A stretch of 62,810 bases of DNA, the filler included. It is 4 parts of 4 records of this genome, joined end to end, with 100 filler letters (N's around TTAATTAATTAA, not from the genome) between each part and the next. Parts side by side here need not be neighbours in the genome. Positions count along the whole stretch, not along the records: positions 30,097 to 37,817 come from DRR723986_8146; positions 37,918 to 62,810 come from DRR723986_8147; 2 more parts are not named here. One strand, given 5' to 3'. The notes beneath the pieces are model-generated. The model searched no databases. It was not told where the DNA came from and worked only from the letters and a program-made list of their open reading frames with translations. This document shows positions 30,359-40,337 of this stretch, in pieces. The position numbers and the translations under genes were made by a program. The number at the start of each line of letters is the position of its first letter. Position 1 is the first letter of the stretch.

Positions 30359-32767
30359 TTAGCTCAAAAACTCAGGGAAACGTTTTGGATCGGCTTCGTG
30401 CATAATCGAATACACCGCTTCGATCATGTGATCGCTGTCTGGTTTGGACCAGTGGTTGCCGTCCGAGCCGTAGGCCGGGCGGTGTTCCTTGGCAGCCAGG
30501 ACACGGGGCTCAGCGTCGAGCCAGGTAAAGGCACCCTGCTCCATGACTTTCTGCAGCATGTATCCCGTCGTTCCGCCCGGTACATCCTCGTCTACCAACA
30601 AGACACGATTGGTCTTTTTGATCGACTCCAGAATGCCGTGATCGCGGTCAAACGGCAGCAGCGACTGCACGTCAACAATTTCAACTTCGATTCCGAGTTT
30701 AGCCAGACGCTCGGCAGCATCCATTGCCAGGTGGCAGCAGGCGCCGTAGGTCACAAGCGTGACGTCGGTTCCGGGACGAATAACTTCGATCTGCCCCAGC
30801 GGCACAGTAACGTCGCCAATATTAGTTGGTACATCTTCTTTTTTGCGCGGTCCGTTCAGTACTTCAACAACGATGCCCGGCTCATCGGCCTGCAGCAAAG
30901 TGTTGTAGAAACCGGCGGCACGCACATAGTCACGTGGCACACAAACATAGACGCCGCGCACAAGGTTAATGACTCCCGCCATAGGTGAACCGCTGTGCCA
31001 GATGCCTTCCAGGCGATGTCCGCGCGTACGGATAATCACTGGAGCTTTTTGCCCACCGCGTGTGCGATACAGGACCGTGGCCAGATCATCAGAAATCAGC
31101 TGCAATGCGTAGAGCACGTAATCCAGATACTGAATCTCAGCGACGGGACGCAAGCCGCGCATCGCCATGCCGATCGCCTGACCGATGATACTGCATTCGC
31201 GGATTCCCGTATCGGAAACGCGCAGCTCACCAAATTTTTCCTGCATGCCTTTCATGCCCTGATCCACGTCACCCAGTTTGCCGACGTCTTCGCCGAATGC
31301 AATCATGCGCGGATCGCGTGCAAAGGCCGATTCAAAGAATTGGTTGATGACTTCGGCGCCCGTCAGGCGCTGAACATCAGCAGGATACTTGGGCTTGACC
31401 TCGCGAACCTTGAGGGCTGTGCCCGAGTGCAGGTGCGAGTCAAATCTTTCATTGTTTTCGGCATTGTATTGATTGCGCCATTGTGCCAGAGCGCTGCGCT
31501 GTGGCGTTTTGCTGCCCTGCGCCTGAATCAAGGCAGCCATCATGGCTTTGTCGATGTCGCGGCGGAACGGTTCGCGGATGGCAGCCAATTGATTCGCGGT
31601 TGTGGTAATTGCCGCGCCGTCTTTGACTGAAGCTGCGAGTTCTTCGATCAGTTTTACCGTCTTGGAGACTTCAACATTGATCGGCTCAATGTACTCTTTC
31701 CAGGCTTCGTCTTTCATCTGACGCACCTGTTTTACTTCGCGCGCCTCAAGTTCTTTGAGCTCTTCTTCCGTGGCGATGCCCTGCTCCAGGATCCAGGCAC
31801 GCATGCGCGGCACGCAGTCGTGTTCTTTTTCCCACTGCAGGCGCTCTTTGGACTTGTAGCGCTCATGGCTACCTGAAGTTGAGTGTCCCTGCGGCTGCGT
31901 GACTTCAATCACGTGAATGATCGCCGGAATGTGATTGCGGCGAATCGAATCGGCGGCACGCAGGAACGTTTCAACAAGTGCAGGGTAATCCCAGCCCTTG
32001 ACGGTAAAGAGTTCGTAGCCGGACTCGCCACCTTCTTCACGCTGGAAACCGCTCAGCAGCGCCGAGAGGTCTTCTTTTGTAATCTGGAACTTGTTGGGTA
32101 CTGAGATGCCATAGTTGTCATCCCAGATTGAGAGCAGCAGCGGAGCGCCAAGCACACCAACGGCGTTGACCGACTCCCAGAACATGCCTTCGGCACAGGA
32201 GGCATTGCCAATCGTGCCAAAGCAGATTTCATCGCCATTCTGTGAGAACTGCGTGAATTGCTGTAAATCTTCGATTTCGCGGTACAACTTAGAGGCATAA
32301 GCCAAACCGACCATGCGCGGCATTTGTGAAGCCGTCGGTGAGACGTCGGCACTGGAATTGTACATGTCGGTGAGCGTCTTCCAGGAGCCGTCACCATGCA
32401 GGCTGCGCGTAGCGAAGTGAGAGTTCATCTGGCGGCCGGCGGATGCCGGTTCCTGCTCAACATTGGTGTTGGCATAGAGCTGTGCAAAAAACTCACGCAC
32501 GTTGGACATGCCCTTGGCGAACATGAAGGTTTGATCGCGATAGTAGCCCGAGCGGATGTCGCCCTTGCGGAAGGCTTTGGCCATGGCCAGCTGAGCAACT
32601 TCCTTGCCGTCGCCAAAGATGCCGAATTTGGCTTTGCCGGTCAGTACTTCCCGGCGTCCCAGGAGGCTGGTCTGGCGGCTGAGCCAGGCGATTCGATAAT
32701 CATGCAGGATTTCTTCGCTGCTAATCGACACTTCACTATTAGCGGTCTGAATGCTCAATGCCGGCAT
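30359..32767 (-). CDS. 2-oxoacid dehydrogenase E1, fused alpha/beta (branched-chain type, as in Bacteroidota)
   Basis: GKAKFGIFGDGKE, GYYRDQT, GRQMNSHF, GHSTSGSHERYK, GEDVG, DTGIRE, transketolase C-terminal domain. Confidence 0.93.
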   Translation of the reverse strand: MPALSIQTANSEVSISSEEILHDYRIAWLSRQTSLLGRREVLTGKAKFGIFGDGKEVAQLAMAKAFRKGDIRSGYYRDQTFMFAKGMSNVREFFAQLYANTNVEQEPASAGRQMNSHFATRSLHGDGSWKTLTDMYNSSADVSPTASQMPRMVGLAYASKLYREIEDLQQFTQFSQNGDEICFGTIGNASCAEGMFWESVNAVGVLGAPLLLSIWDDNYGISVPNKFQITKEDLSALLSGFQREEGGESGYELFTVKGWDYPALVETFLRAADSIRRNHIPAIIHVIEVTQPQGHSTSGSHERYKSKERLQWEKEHDCVPRMRAWILEQGIATEEELKELEAREVKQVRQMKDEAWKEYIEPINVEVSKTVKLIEELAASVKDGAAITTTANQLAAIREPFRRDIDKAMMAALIQAQGSKTPQRSALAQWRNQYNAENNERFDSHLHSGTALKVREVKPKYPADVQRLTGAEVINQFFESAFARDPRMIAFGEDVGKLGDVDQGMKGMQEKFGELRVSDTGIRECSIIGQAIGMAMRGLRPVAEIQYLDYVLYALQLISDDLATVLYRTRGGQKAPVIIRTRGHRLEGIWHSGSPMAGVINLVRGVYVCVPRDYVRAAGFYNTLLQADEPGIVVEVLNGPRKKEDVPTNIGDVTVPLGQIEVIRPGTDVTLVTYGACCHLAMDAAERLAKLGIEVEIVDVQSLLPFDRDHGILESIKKTNRVLLVDEDVPGGTTGYMLQKVMEQGAFTWLDAEPRVLAAKEHRPAYGSDGNHWSKPDSDHMIEAVYSIMHEADPKRFPEFLS

Positions 32768-32959
32768 AAGGCTTCCACCCTTTCAACGTGTTGTAGAATC
32801 GTTCGGCTCGTCGTTCATCTGCCCATCAATCGGAATCTGGCGCTCTGCGGCGCGATGGGTTTCCATGTTCACAGAATATGAACGCGTGACGGATTCAGGG
32901 GTGCTTTATTGCGGTCTGCGTAGACCGCGGCCAGGATACGAATGCTAAGTCGCGACACA

Positions 32960-34327
32960 CTAAAGAGTTATGCCTTTTAAGTTAAGATACACTCCGCCGC
33001 GCTGCAGATCGGTAACAGTCCCGAACCATTGCCGGTCGTCCTTTTCTACAATTCTGTTAAACGCGATGCCCAGGTCCAGGTGTTTTGCACAAAACTCAAG
33101 CACGGAACCGCCCCAAATTTGCGCGCTGACTTTGAGTAAACCCGCCGTATGTACGCCAATGTGTTGGCGACTCAAGTCATACCATTCCCTTCCGTTATGT
33201 ATACGGGCGCGCTCCATTCCACCGCCGATGCTGATCGTTTCGAGGATTTCTATATTCGCACCACGGCGTTGTGTTATTCCACTCTGCGAATCTCCGGTGA
33301 CAACATGATTCCAAAACTTCAACTGTTCGCCGCGTGCATGATACCCGCTTAGCAGACCGGGCTGGAATGTGCGCTCATCATCAAATGCTTCGGCCGCAAT
33401 CGTCATTCGGACCAATTCCAGCGTAGAGTCTCCCTGCCCCATAGTTTCATAGGCCCCCAGATTGACCTCAAAGGCCAGACTCGCATGTGAGCCGGCTTTG
33501 ATCCCACGTTCCTTGTAATAATTACTGCTTGTGAGCACCAACGGAAGTTCCCCCATATTTACCCAGCTGAATCCGAGACCGATATCAAGTGTAGGCCTGA
33601 TACCCAACAAAGCAGGTGTCTCGTACTCCAGCCGCTTGAACAATTCCTGGCTCCTCAGGCCCAAAGAAAGACCAATATCGAAAGTCGTGCCGCTGCCCGT
33701 CATGACTTCCGGGTCAATTACTCTGGGGGTAATCCGACTGGAAATTGTTTTGACGTTAAGGCCTACGGCGAAGCGGGCGCCGTACTCGGCAGCCAGCCCC
33801 AGAGAAAGTGAGCGTGCATTGGTTTTACGTAAAATGCTAGGAATGAGCGGATCATCGACCCAATTACTCTCGTTTATTGAACCTGGATCATGCTGCAGTT
33901 GGCTCAAACCAATCCCCCAGCCAAGCGCCAAACCTGCAAATTCGTGACGAACATTAATCGTCAGGCCGGCTCCGCCTCCCAGAGCATTAGAGCTGTGCGG
34001 TTTTTTCCATGGAGTCAGAACAGTAGCAGAGAATTTTAGTCCTTCAAGGCCCGTAGTTCCAATATGGGCCGGGTTTAAGATTCCCGCCAGAGCTTCGCCG
34101 TTGTTATAGGAGATTCCGGCGCCACCGAGCCCCGCATACTGCAGTGTATTGTCGCGCAAGAGAACCTCATGCAGGTTATTTGCCACAATAGTGTGTGGCG
34201 GTGGCGGCAAGATTTGGCACATTAGACTCCCCGTTGGCAGTAGGATAGCCAATGCAATAACGCTCAGCGATTTGCAGCAAGCTGCACGAAGCGCGGAAAT
34301 TACCTGAATACTTTTGAGTTGTAGCAT
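32960..34327 (-). CDS. Putative outer-membrane beta-barrel protein (PorV/FadL-like N-terminus)
   Basis: Signal-peptide-like segment; GLGGAGISY...ILNPAHIG resembles the NPA plug motif of FadL/PorV barrels; many amphipathic strands (FDIGLSLG, LDLGIAF, VYLNLK). Confidence 0.55.
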   Translation of the reverse strand: MLQLKSIQVISALRAACCKSLSVIALAILLPTGSLMCQILPPPPHTIVANNLHEVLLRDNTLQYAGLGGAGISYNNGEALAGILNPAHIGTTGLEGLKFSATVLTPWKKPHSSNALGGGAGLTINVRHEFAGLALGWGIGLSQLQHDPGSINESNWVDDPLIPSILRKTNARSLSLGLAAEYGARFAVGLNVKTISSRITPRVIDPEVMTGSGTTFDIGLSLGLRSQELFKRLEYETPALLGIRPTLDIGLGFSWVNMGELPLVLTSSNYYKERGIKAGSHASLAFEVNLGAYETMGQGDSTLELVRMTIAAEAFDDERTFQPGLLSGYHARGEQLKFWNHVVTGDSQSGITQRRGANIEILETISIGGGMERARIHNGREWYDLSRQHIGVHTAGLLKVSAQIWGGSVLEFCAKHLDLGIAFNRIVEKDDRQWFGTVTDLQRGGVYLNLKGITL

Positions 34328-34511
34328 TTTTACCTCGACTTGTCTGGCGCATGTGCAATGAGGGGCAGACACGTGCTTTGTCACCTTGGTCTCAGCGACA
34401 AACAAAATGGCTGTGAAAAGCCACACGTAGTGTGAGCGCAGCATGTAAACAAATCAAACCGTGGGGCTGGATACGGGGCGTAATATCAGACTATATACGC
34501 AGAGGCGGGAA

Positions 34512-35132
34512 CTAGTGCGCTGTGTGCCCAAGCTGTAAACGACTGCTTTTGACGAGAGGTAAAACGGTGCTGCGATGTAAACGCAAATAGAGATCACGGT
34601 AGGCCAGAAGGTCACCGGCCGGACAGTATGCGATTTTGACGTCGCGCATTTTGGGACGGCGCAGCCCGCCTTTGGAAAGACTGAGCAGCAAACAGACTTC
34701 CAGATAGTTAAGCACAAACATGAAAATCTCAAGAGGGTTGAGGCGCCGCGTCTGAAAACCAAAACGATGCAGCGTGGGAGCGTCCAGAAAGTAAGTCGTC
34801 GCTTTGAGCATGGTTCCACGTGAGATGCGCCCGGCGTCAATCTCGGTACACAGGTTGTTCATGCCGTCCACCAGATGCGCAAACAGGATTTTTGAGTTAA
34901 CATTCTTGAGTCTGAAGAAGTCGTAGGTCGTGCCCAGATGAAGCTCAACGACGTCCCCCGGCATCGGCTGAATAAAAAACATGCGTGAGATGTAGCGATA
35001 CCAGCCCAGTTTGATGAAGACGGGTGTGGTCAGGTAGCGGCCCAGGCGATAGAGGATGATGAGCCCCAGGGTCCAGAGTATTACATCGATGCTCGCGGTC
35101 ATGTAGTGCTCCACTTTATGTAGATGTGACAC
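34512..35132 (-). CDS. Hypothetical membrane-anchored protein
   Basis: 206-aa ORF filling the gap, N-terminal hydrophobic helix, motifs VELHLGTTYDFF and ATTYF..RFGF. Confidence 0.7.
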   Translation of the reverse strand: MSHLHKVEHYMTASIDVILWTLGLIILYRLGRYLTTPVFIKLGWYRYISRMFFIQPMPGDVVELHLGTTYDFFRLKNVNSKILFAHLVDGMNNLCTEIDAGRISRGTMLKATTYFLDAPTLHRFGFQTRRLNPLEIFMFVLNYLEVCLLLSLSKGGLRRPKMRDVKIAYCPAGDLLAYRDLYLRLHRSTVLPLVKSSRLQLGHTAH

Positions 35133-35224
35133 TACGAAATTAGCACATGAATTTTACGCTGACGTTAAACTATTATTACAATAATTTAATCGGCCACAAG
35201 CCGCTAAATCACTAGTTTTGTAGT

Positions 35225-37795
35225 GTGAAAGTTGAACAGTCCATCCCGCATCAGAAACAGCCAGGAGCACCGTGCAGCAATGGCTCTGCACAGGCCGAAT
35301 ACCAACGAGGCTTAAACGCCGACCAGGTAGCCACGCGTCTGAACGAAGGCCGCAGCAATAAAGACGATGTGCAGCACAGTAAAACCGGGCTGGAGATTCT
35401 GCTCGAAAACACGTTCAACGTGTTTAACATTATCAACTTTCTGATAATTGGCGGCCTGGCACTGCTCTACCTGCTCTTCCAGAATCGTGAATTGGCACTC
35501 GATAGCCTGGGGCTGGTTTCAGTCGTTATTTTTAACACGCTGATTTCGATCGTGCAGGAATTCCGCGCACGGGCCCTGCTCAACAAAGCGCGTTTGATGC
35601 TTTCGCGGACGGTGACGGTGGTGCGCGGCGGCCAGGATCAAACAATCGAACAATCCACGATTGTGGAAGGTGATGTGATCCGCGTCGAGCGCGGTGACCA
35701 GATTGTAGTTGACGGGCAGGTCCTGCATGCCGAAGGCCTTGAAATCGATGAGTCGCTGCTGACAGGTGAGTCACTGTCAGTCACCAAAAAAGCGGGTGAC
35801 GAGGTTCTTTCGGGAAGTTTTGTGGTAGCGGGACGCGCCTGGTTCCGCGCGGAAAAAGTTGGCAAGGACTCTTATGCTGCGGGCGTGACTTCGATGGCGC
35901 GGCGCTACAAATTTGACGTCACTCCCCTGCAACGCAATATTAACCGCTTGTTTGAAGCCTCCTTTATCATCGCTTTAGTTGTTGTAGCAATTGAAATATT
36001 CCTGCGCGGCACGGACAACTTAAACGACATAGAATTTATTCGGCGTGTAGCGACTGTGGTGACGGCGCTTGTACCCGAAGGCCTGGTTTTGTTAAGCACG
36101 GTGATTTTTGCCGTCGGTGTGGCGCGCGTCAGCAAAATAGGCGCGCTGGTCCAGAAGTTAAACGCAATTGAGTCTTTTAGTGGAATCGATTGTGTCTGTA
36201 TGGATAAAACCGGCACTTTAACAGAAAATCGCATGGCACTGGACCAGGTTGTGGAGCTGACCGCACGCGAGCGCGCCCTAATTTGCACGAGTCTGTTTGC
36301 GCATAATACGCCCGACAAAAATGCGACAGTTGAAGCTTTAAAAGCGCTGCCCGAGCTGCTGCCCGGCGGCATGGATGCAATCGACCAGGCCGAAGTGATA
36401 GGCGTTCTGCCGTTTAATTCACTACGCAAATACAGCGCACTGTCTCTGCGCCTGCACGACGGTAGCCGGCTGAATCTGGTCTTGGGCGCTTTTGACGTTC
36501 TGCAGCAAAAGATGCCGGAAGTAGTGCAGGCAGCGCTGCAGGAAATGTTTAATCGTTATGCGCTATCCGGCGGGCGCACTTTGCTGCTCCTGCAACTGCC
36601 GAATATTCCGGAGAGTGCCGACGCATTGGCGCTGGATCAACTGCGCAGGTCAAATGGCATGCTGCCGGAAAACACGGCGCCGCTCTGCATTCTTTCGCTG
36701 GTGGATCAGGTTCGCGAAGACGCGGGCGTGGCGCTCGATTTGTTTAAGCGCGAAGGCATTCAGCTTAAGATTATGTCCGGCGACTCAAAGGATTCGGTGC
36801 TGCGGACCCTGGAACGCGCGGGCCTGGAGGCGCTGACCGATAAACATATCAGCGGGCCGGAGCTGGAACAAATGGCGGACGCTGAGCGCAGTGCCGCTGC
36901 CAAAAATATGCAGGTGTTTAGCCGCCTGCAGCCGGAGCAGAAGCTCGACCTGGTTAAACGCCTTAAACAAACTTACCGCACGAGCATGATTGGCGACGGC
37001 GTGAATGACTTGCCGGCGATCAAGGAAGCCGACCTGGGAATTGCGATGCAGAACGGCAGTTCGATTACGCGTGAAATTGCGGATATCGTGCTGCTGAATA
37101 TGCGTTTTGACACACTGCCAAAAGTCTTCAGGGAAGGCAAACGCCTGATTAATCTGGTGGGCGGCATTGCGGAGATGTATTTAACAAAAAATTTAATGAT
37201 TCTGGCGCTGGGCATTATCACGCTAATTTTTGCCAGTGAATTCCCGCTTACTCCGCGGCGTGCGGCCCTGATCAGCGTAATCGGCGTGGCGATGCCGGTG
37301 GTATTTTTAACGCGTTTTGATCAGCGCACGCGCAGTATTCGCCTGTTTTTCCGGCGTCTGTTTAGCTTTTTGGGAGCGTCCGTCACGGCATTTCTGGCGG
37401 GCGGATACTACAGTTTGTTCCTGGCCGACCAGATTCCCGGTTTGGATGCCGGCGCACGCCAGATGATTATGCTTTCAGTCTTGATTATCCTCAGTTTGTT
37501 AACTTATCTGCAGATGAGTTTAACACATAATCGTGCCAACTGGAAACCCTTTGTTTTCTCGTCGCTCGGCATTTTCAGCATCTATCTCTTTCTGGTCTCA
37601 GTGGATTTGGACTTCTTTGTGTTTAATGTCATCACAACATTCTACGAGGTACAGCCGATTCCGGCGGCGCACTGGCCGGCGATTCTGGAGGCTTCGGCTT
37701 TGGGCGCGCTGGTGCTGTTTGTTTTGCATGTTGTGCGCAACTGGTGGCTCAGGCGTTTGCATAAAAAACATGCCGTTGAGCAGTTTCTGGATTAA
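35225..37795 (+). CDS. P-type cation-transporting ATPase (CtpE-like)
   Basis: DESLLTGES, VPEGL, DKTGTLT phosphorylation site, SGD, GDGVND. Confidence 0.93.
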   Translation: MKVEQSIPHQKQPGAPCSNGSAQAEYQRGLNADQVATRLNEGRSNKDDVQHSKTGLEILLENTFNVFNIINFLIIGGLALLYLLFQNRELALDSLGLVSVVIFNTLISIVQEFRARALLNKARLMLSRTVTVVRGGQDQTIEQSTIVEGDVIRVERGDQIVVDGQVLHAEGLEIDESLLTGESLSVTKKAGDEVLSGSFVVAGRAWFRAEKVGKDSYAAGVTSMARRYKFDVTPLQRNINRLFEASFIIALVVVAIEIFLRGTDNLNDIEFIRRVATVVTALVPEGLVLLSTVIFAVGVARVSKIGALVQKLNAIESFSGIDCVCMDKTGTLTENRMALDQVVELTARERALICTSLFAHNTPDKNATVEALKALPELLPGGMDAIDQAEVIGVLPFNSLRKYSALSLRLHDGSRLNLVLGAFDVLQQKMPEVVQAALQEMFNRYALSGGRTLLLLQLPNIPESADALALDQLRRSNGMLPENTAPLCILSLVDQVREDAGVALDLFKREGIQLKIMSGDSKDSVLRTLERAGLEALTDKHISGPELEQMADAERSAAAKNMQVFSRLQPEQKLDLVKRLKQTYRTSMIGDGVNDLPAIKEADLGIAMQNGSSITREIADIVLLNMRFDTLPKVFREGKRLINLVGGIAEMYLTKNLMILALGIITLIFASEFPLTPRRAALISVIGVAMPVVFLTRFDQRTRSIRLFFRRLFSFLGASVTAFLAGGYYSLFLADQIPGLDAGARQMIMLSVLIILSLLTYLQMSLTHNRANWKPFVFSSLGIFSIYLFLVSVDLDFFVFNVITTFYEVQPIPAAHWPAILEASALGALVLFVLHVVRNWWLRRLHKKHAVEQFLD

Positions 37796-37817
37796 TTGCG
37801 TGGATTAATTGCGTGGA

Positions 37818-37917
37818 NNNNNNNNNNNNNNNNNNNNNNNNNNNNNNNNNNNNNNNNNNNNTTAATTAATTAANNNNNNNNNNNNNNNNNNNNNNNNNNN
37901 NNNNNNNNNNNNNNNNN
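37818..37917. other. Artificial contig linker
   Basis: N44-TTAATTAATTAA-N44. Confidence 0.99.
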
Positions 37918-39203
37918 TTAATATGCGCGCGACATAGTCTCCGAGACTCGGGCCTACCTGTAATTGCGCAACGAAGCGCCGGCCACAATTCCGCAATCGC
38001 CAAGCCACAAACAGCGTAAGGCGTGTTTAAGAATCAGAAATTCATGCCTTAAGCGCGGCACTGCGCACGTTCAGCAGCTCTGCAGTATGCCGGGCGAGTT
38101 GGATTTGCGAAAATCTGAAGACTCCTCGCCACCGCCGCAAGGAACCTACAATCACTGCCACCGCACGCACAAGCAGCACAGTTTTTCCTCCCGCTTATAC
38201 AGCTTTTGCGGACGTTCAGCTACACTTCACTGACCATTGAGCTGATTGCCGATTGCCTTCACACAAAAAAGCTTTAGACTTGTTATAGGAGCGCATGGGA
38301 AAGAACACACGTACGACATCGCCATGCCCGGCGCAGCCGTAAACCATGCCCGGCGCTCCCGAAAAGCTGCAAAGAATAACTCACTCAAAAGATTTTAATC
38401 ACGATTTTTTTCACGCACCGAAATCCAGCCAAAAATTTGGAGAAATTGGCCTGGGGCGACAGTCTGTGGCCGGAGCTACGGATTGGGAGGTGTTAGGTCC
38501 TGGTGGTGGTGGCTGGGGGCGGGGGCCCACTTGATTTCTCAAAGAAGTCCGTCCAATCTGCTCCAATTTTCCGTTCAACGCTCAATCGCTCCCGTTCAGA
38601 CCGAAGCATCGCCCAAACCGCGCCAGGCGCAGAACTAGCTCTATTGATGGCGGGCTGATGCTATGCGCACTCGGTGGCTGGCCGGAGGTCTCCAGACTCG
38701 GCGGCGGGATGGCTTTGCACTCGACGCATGGCTGGTTTCGCACTCGACGACCGATCTGCTCACCACACATACGTAGTGGCTTTGCAACTCCCCATCGTAC
38801 TTCGATCTGTTGATCTGATCGCAATGCTGCCTTCTATCTGAATTCACATCACCTGATGGCTGCGGCATTCAAGACTGGAGGCTCAAAAATGCGTATATTT
38901 CGGGTTACTCAGTGCGTATTAGCCGGGTGGCGCTGCGGCTAACTCTCCGCTCTGTGGCGCTTGCTTGTGCAGTCACGGTAGTTGTCAACTGTGGTTTGCC
39001 GCTCGGTCTGGATTCGGCTTTTAACGTACGCTGCTGCGCAACTAAATGGGGAACGAATTATTGCAGTGCATGGCACATTGATATATGTGATTTTGCATCC
39101 GAGAGCAACATACCCACGAGTAAGCGCTCAATTCTCTCCTGTTAACAACTTATTTAAATGCCCGCCTTACAGAGTTTATCACCTTAATCGGTATTGATAC
39201 AAC

Positions 39204-40175
39204 ATGAAAGTCAGCGTCGTAATTGCAACAATCAATCGGCAGGAAGAACTGAAGGAAACCATTGAGGCTTACCAGGCTCAAACTCATCCCGATGTAGAAA
39301 TTGTTATAGTTGACAACGGTTCAACTGACGGCACGCGTGAGATGATGCAGGCTTTTCCCGATGTTGACTACACCTGGCTGCCGTATAACATGGGCACACA
39401 TGCTATTAACATCGGATTTGAACGGGCCACAGGTGATGTATTCTGGCTCTCCAATAACGACTCCTATCCCGAAAGCAGCACCGCTTTTGCACAGTTGGTA
39501 GAACTGTTGGAGCAGTATCCACATGTTGACATTGTTGGCAGTGAAGACATTGAAGTGCGCGAAAACAATAAAATTTACAAATGGCATCCCATAGACGTTG
39601 ATGTTAATGACATGCCGCCGGACGGCTTCGTGACAAATATCTTCCACGGCACGGGAGCGGCCGTCCACCGCCGCGTCTATGAGGCAATTGGTGGCTTCTG
39701 GGACGTTTTTGTATTTGAAGAACTCGACTACTGTACACGCGCCATCGCCGCCGGCTTCTCAGTCCGTTACGTGCCGAGCATCCGTACGCTGCATTTTGCG
39801 AGTGTACGCCAGCGTGCCAACAATGAACGCTGGATAATGGCCGCACTTAATCTGACTCGTTACGTATGCCGCTACTTCCCTTTCTGGCAGGTGATCTACC
39901 GCATGGCACTATACTACCCGTACTACCTGCTTCAGGGATTTTTTCTGCCGGCACGACCGCTGCAGTTTCTGGACGTATTATTTGGCATGACACATCAAGC
40001 TGTGCGCACTTTCAGGCGCGAGCGCACACCGCTGACTTCGGCACAGGTTAAACAAGTGACGCTGGGCATTAGTCCAATCACTTTGATGTGGCGCTACGCC
40101 AGTGGAGTCATCAGCCGCCGAGTCACAAGACTCAAGGATCGTAGAAAGAACCGTAGAAAGTCGACTGGAGCTTAA
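39204..40175 (+). CDS. Glycosyltransferase family 2
   Basis: VSVVIAT, VDNGSTDGT, NND, IGGF..EELD. Confidence 0.92.
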   Translation: MKVSVVIATINRQEELKETIEAYQAQTHPDVEIVIVDNGSTDGTREMMQAFPDVDYTWLPYNMGTHAINIGFERATGDVFWLSNNDSYPESSTAFAQLVELLEQYPHVDIVGSEDIEVRENNKIYKWHPIDVDVNDMPPDGFVTNIFHGTGAAVHRRVYEAIGGFWDVFVFEELDYCTRAIAAGFSVRYVPSIRTLHFASVRQRANNERWIMAALNLTRYVCRYFPFWQVIYRMALYYPYYLLQGFFLPARPLQFLDVLFGMTHQAVRTFRRERTPLTSAQVKQVTLGISPITLMWRYASGVISRRVTRLKDRRKNRRKSTGA

Positions 40176-40337
40176 CGGATTCCCGGCAGTCTCAAAAGCT
40201 TAAACATTTGCATTAAACAACTAACATGCAGAAACAGCAAGCCGCCTGGGCAGGATGCACAGAGGCGAAGCGCTCAAGTATCAAGCGCCAGAATCACCAA
40301 AAAAGTCATTAACATCTATAGCTCAAAACGCAGAATT

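Noticed and set aside
37788-37817. Tandem 13-mer TGGATTAATTGCG (about 2.3 copies)
   Set aside because: At the extreme contig end with no spacers, so not CRISPR; likely a short tandem repeat or assembly artefact
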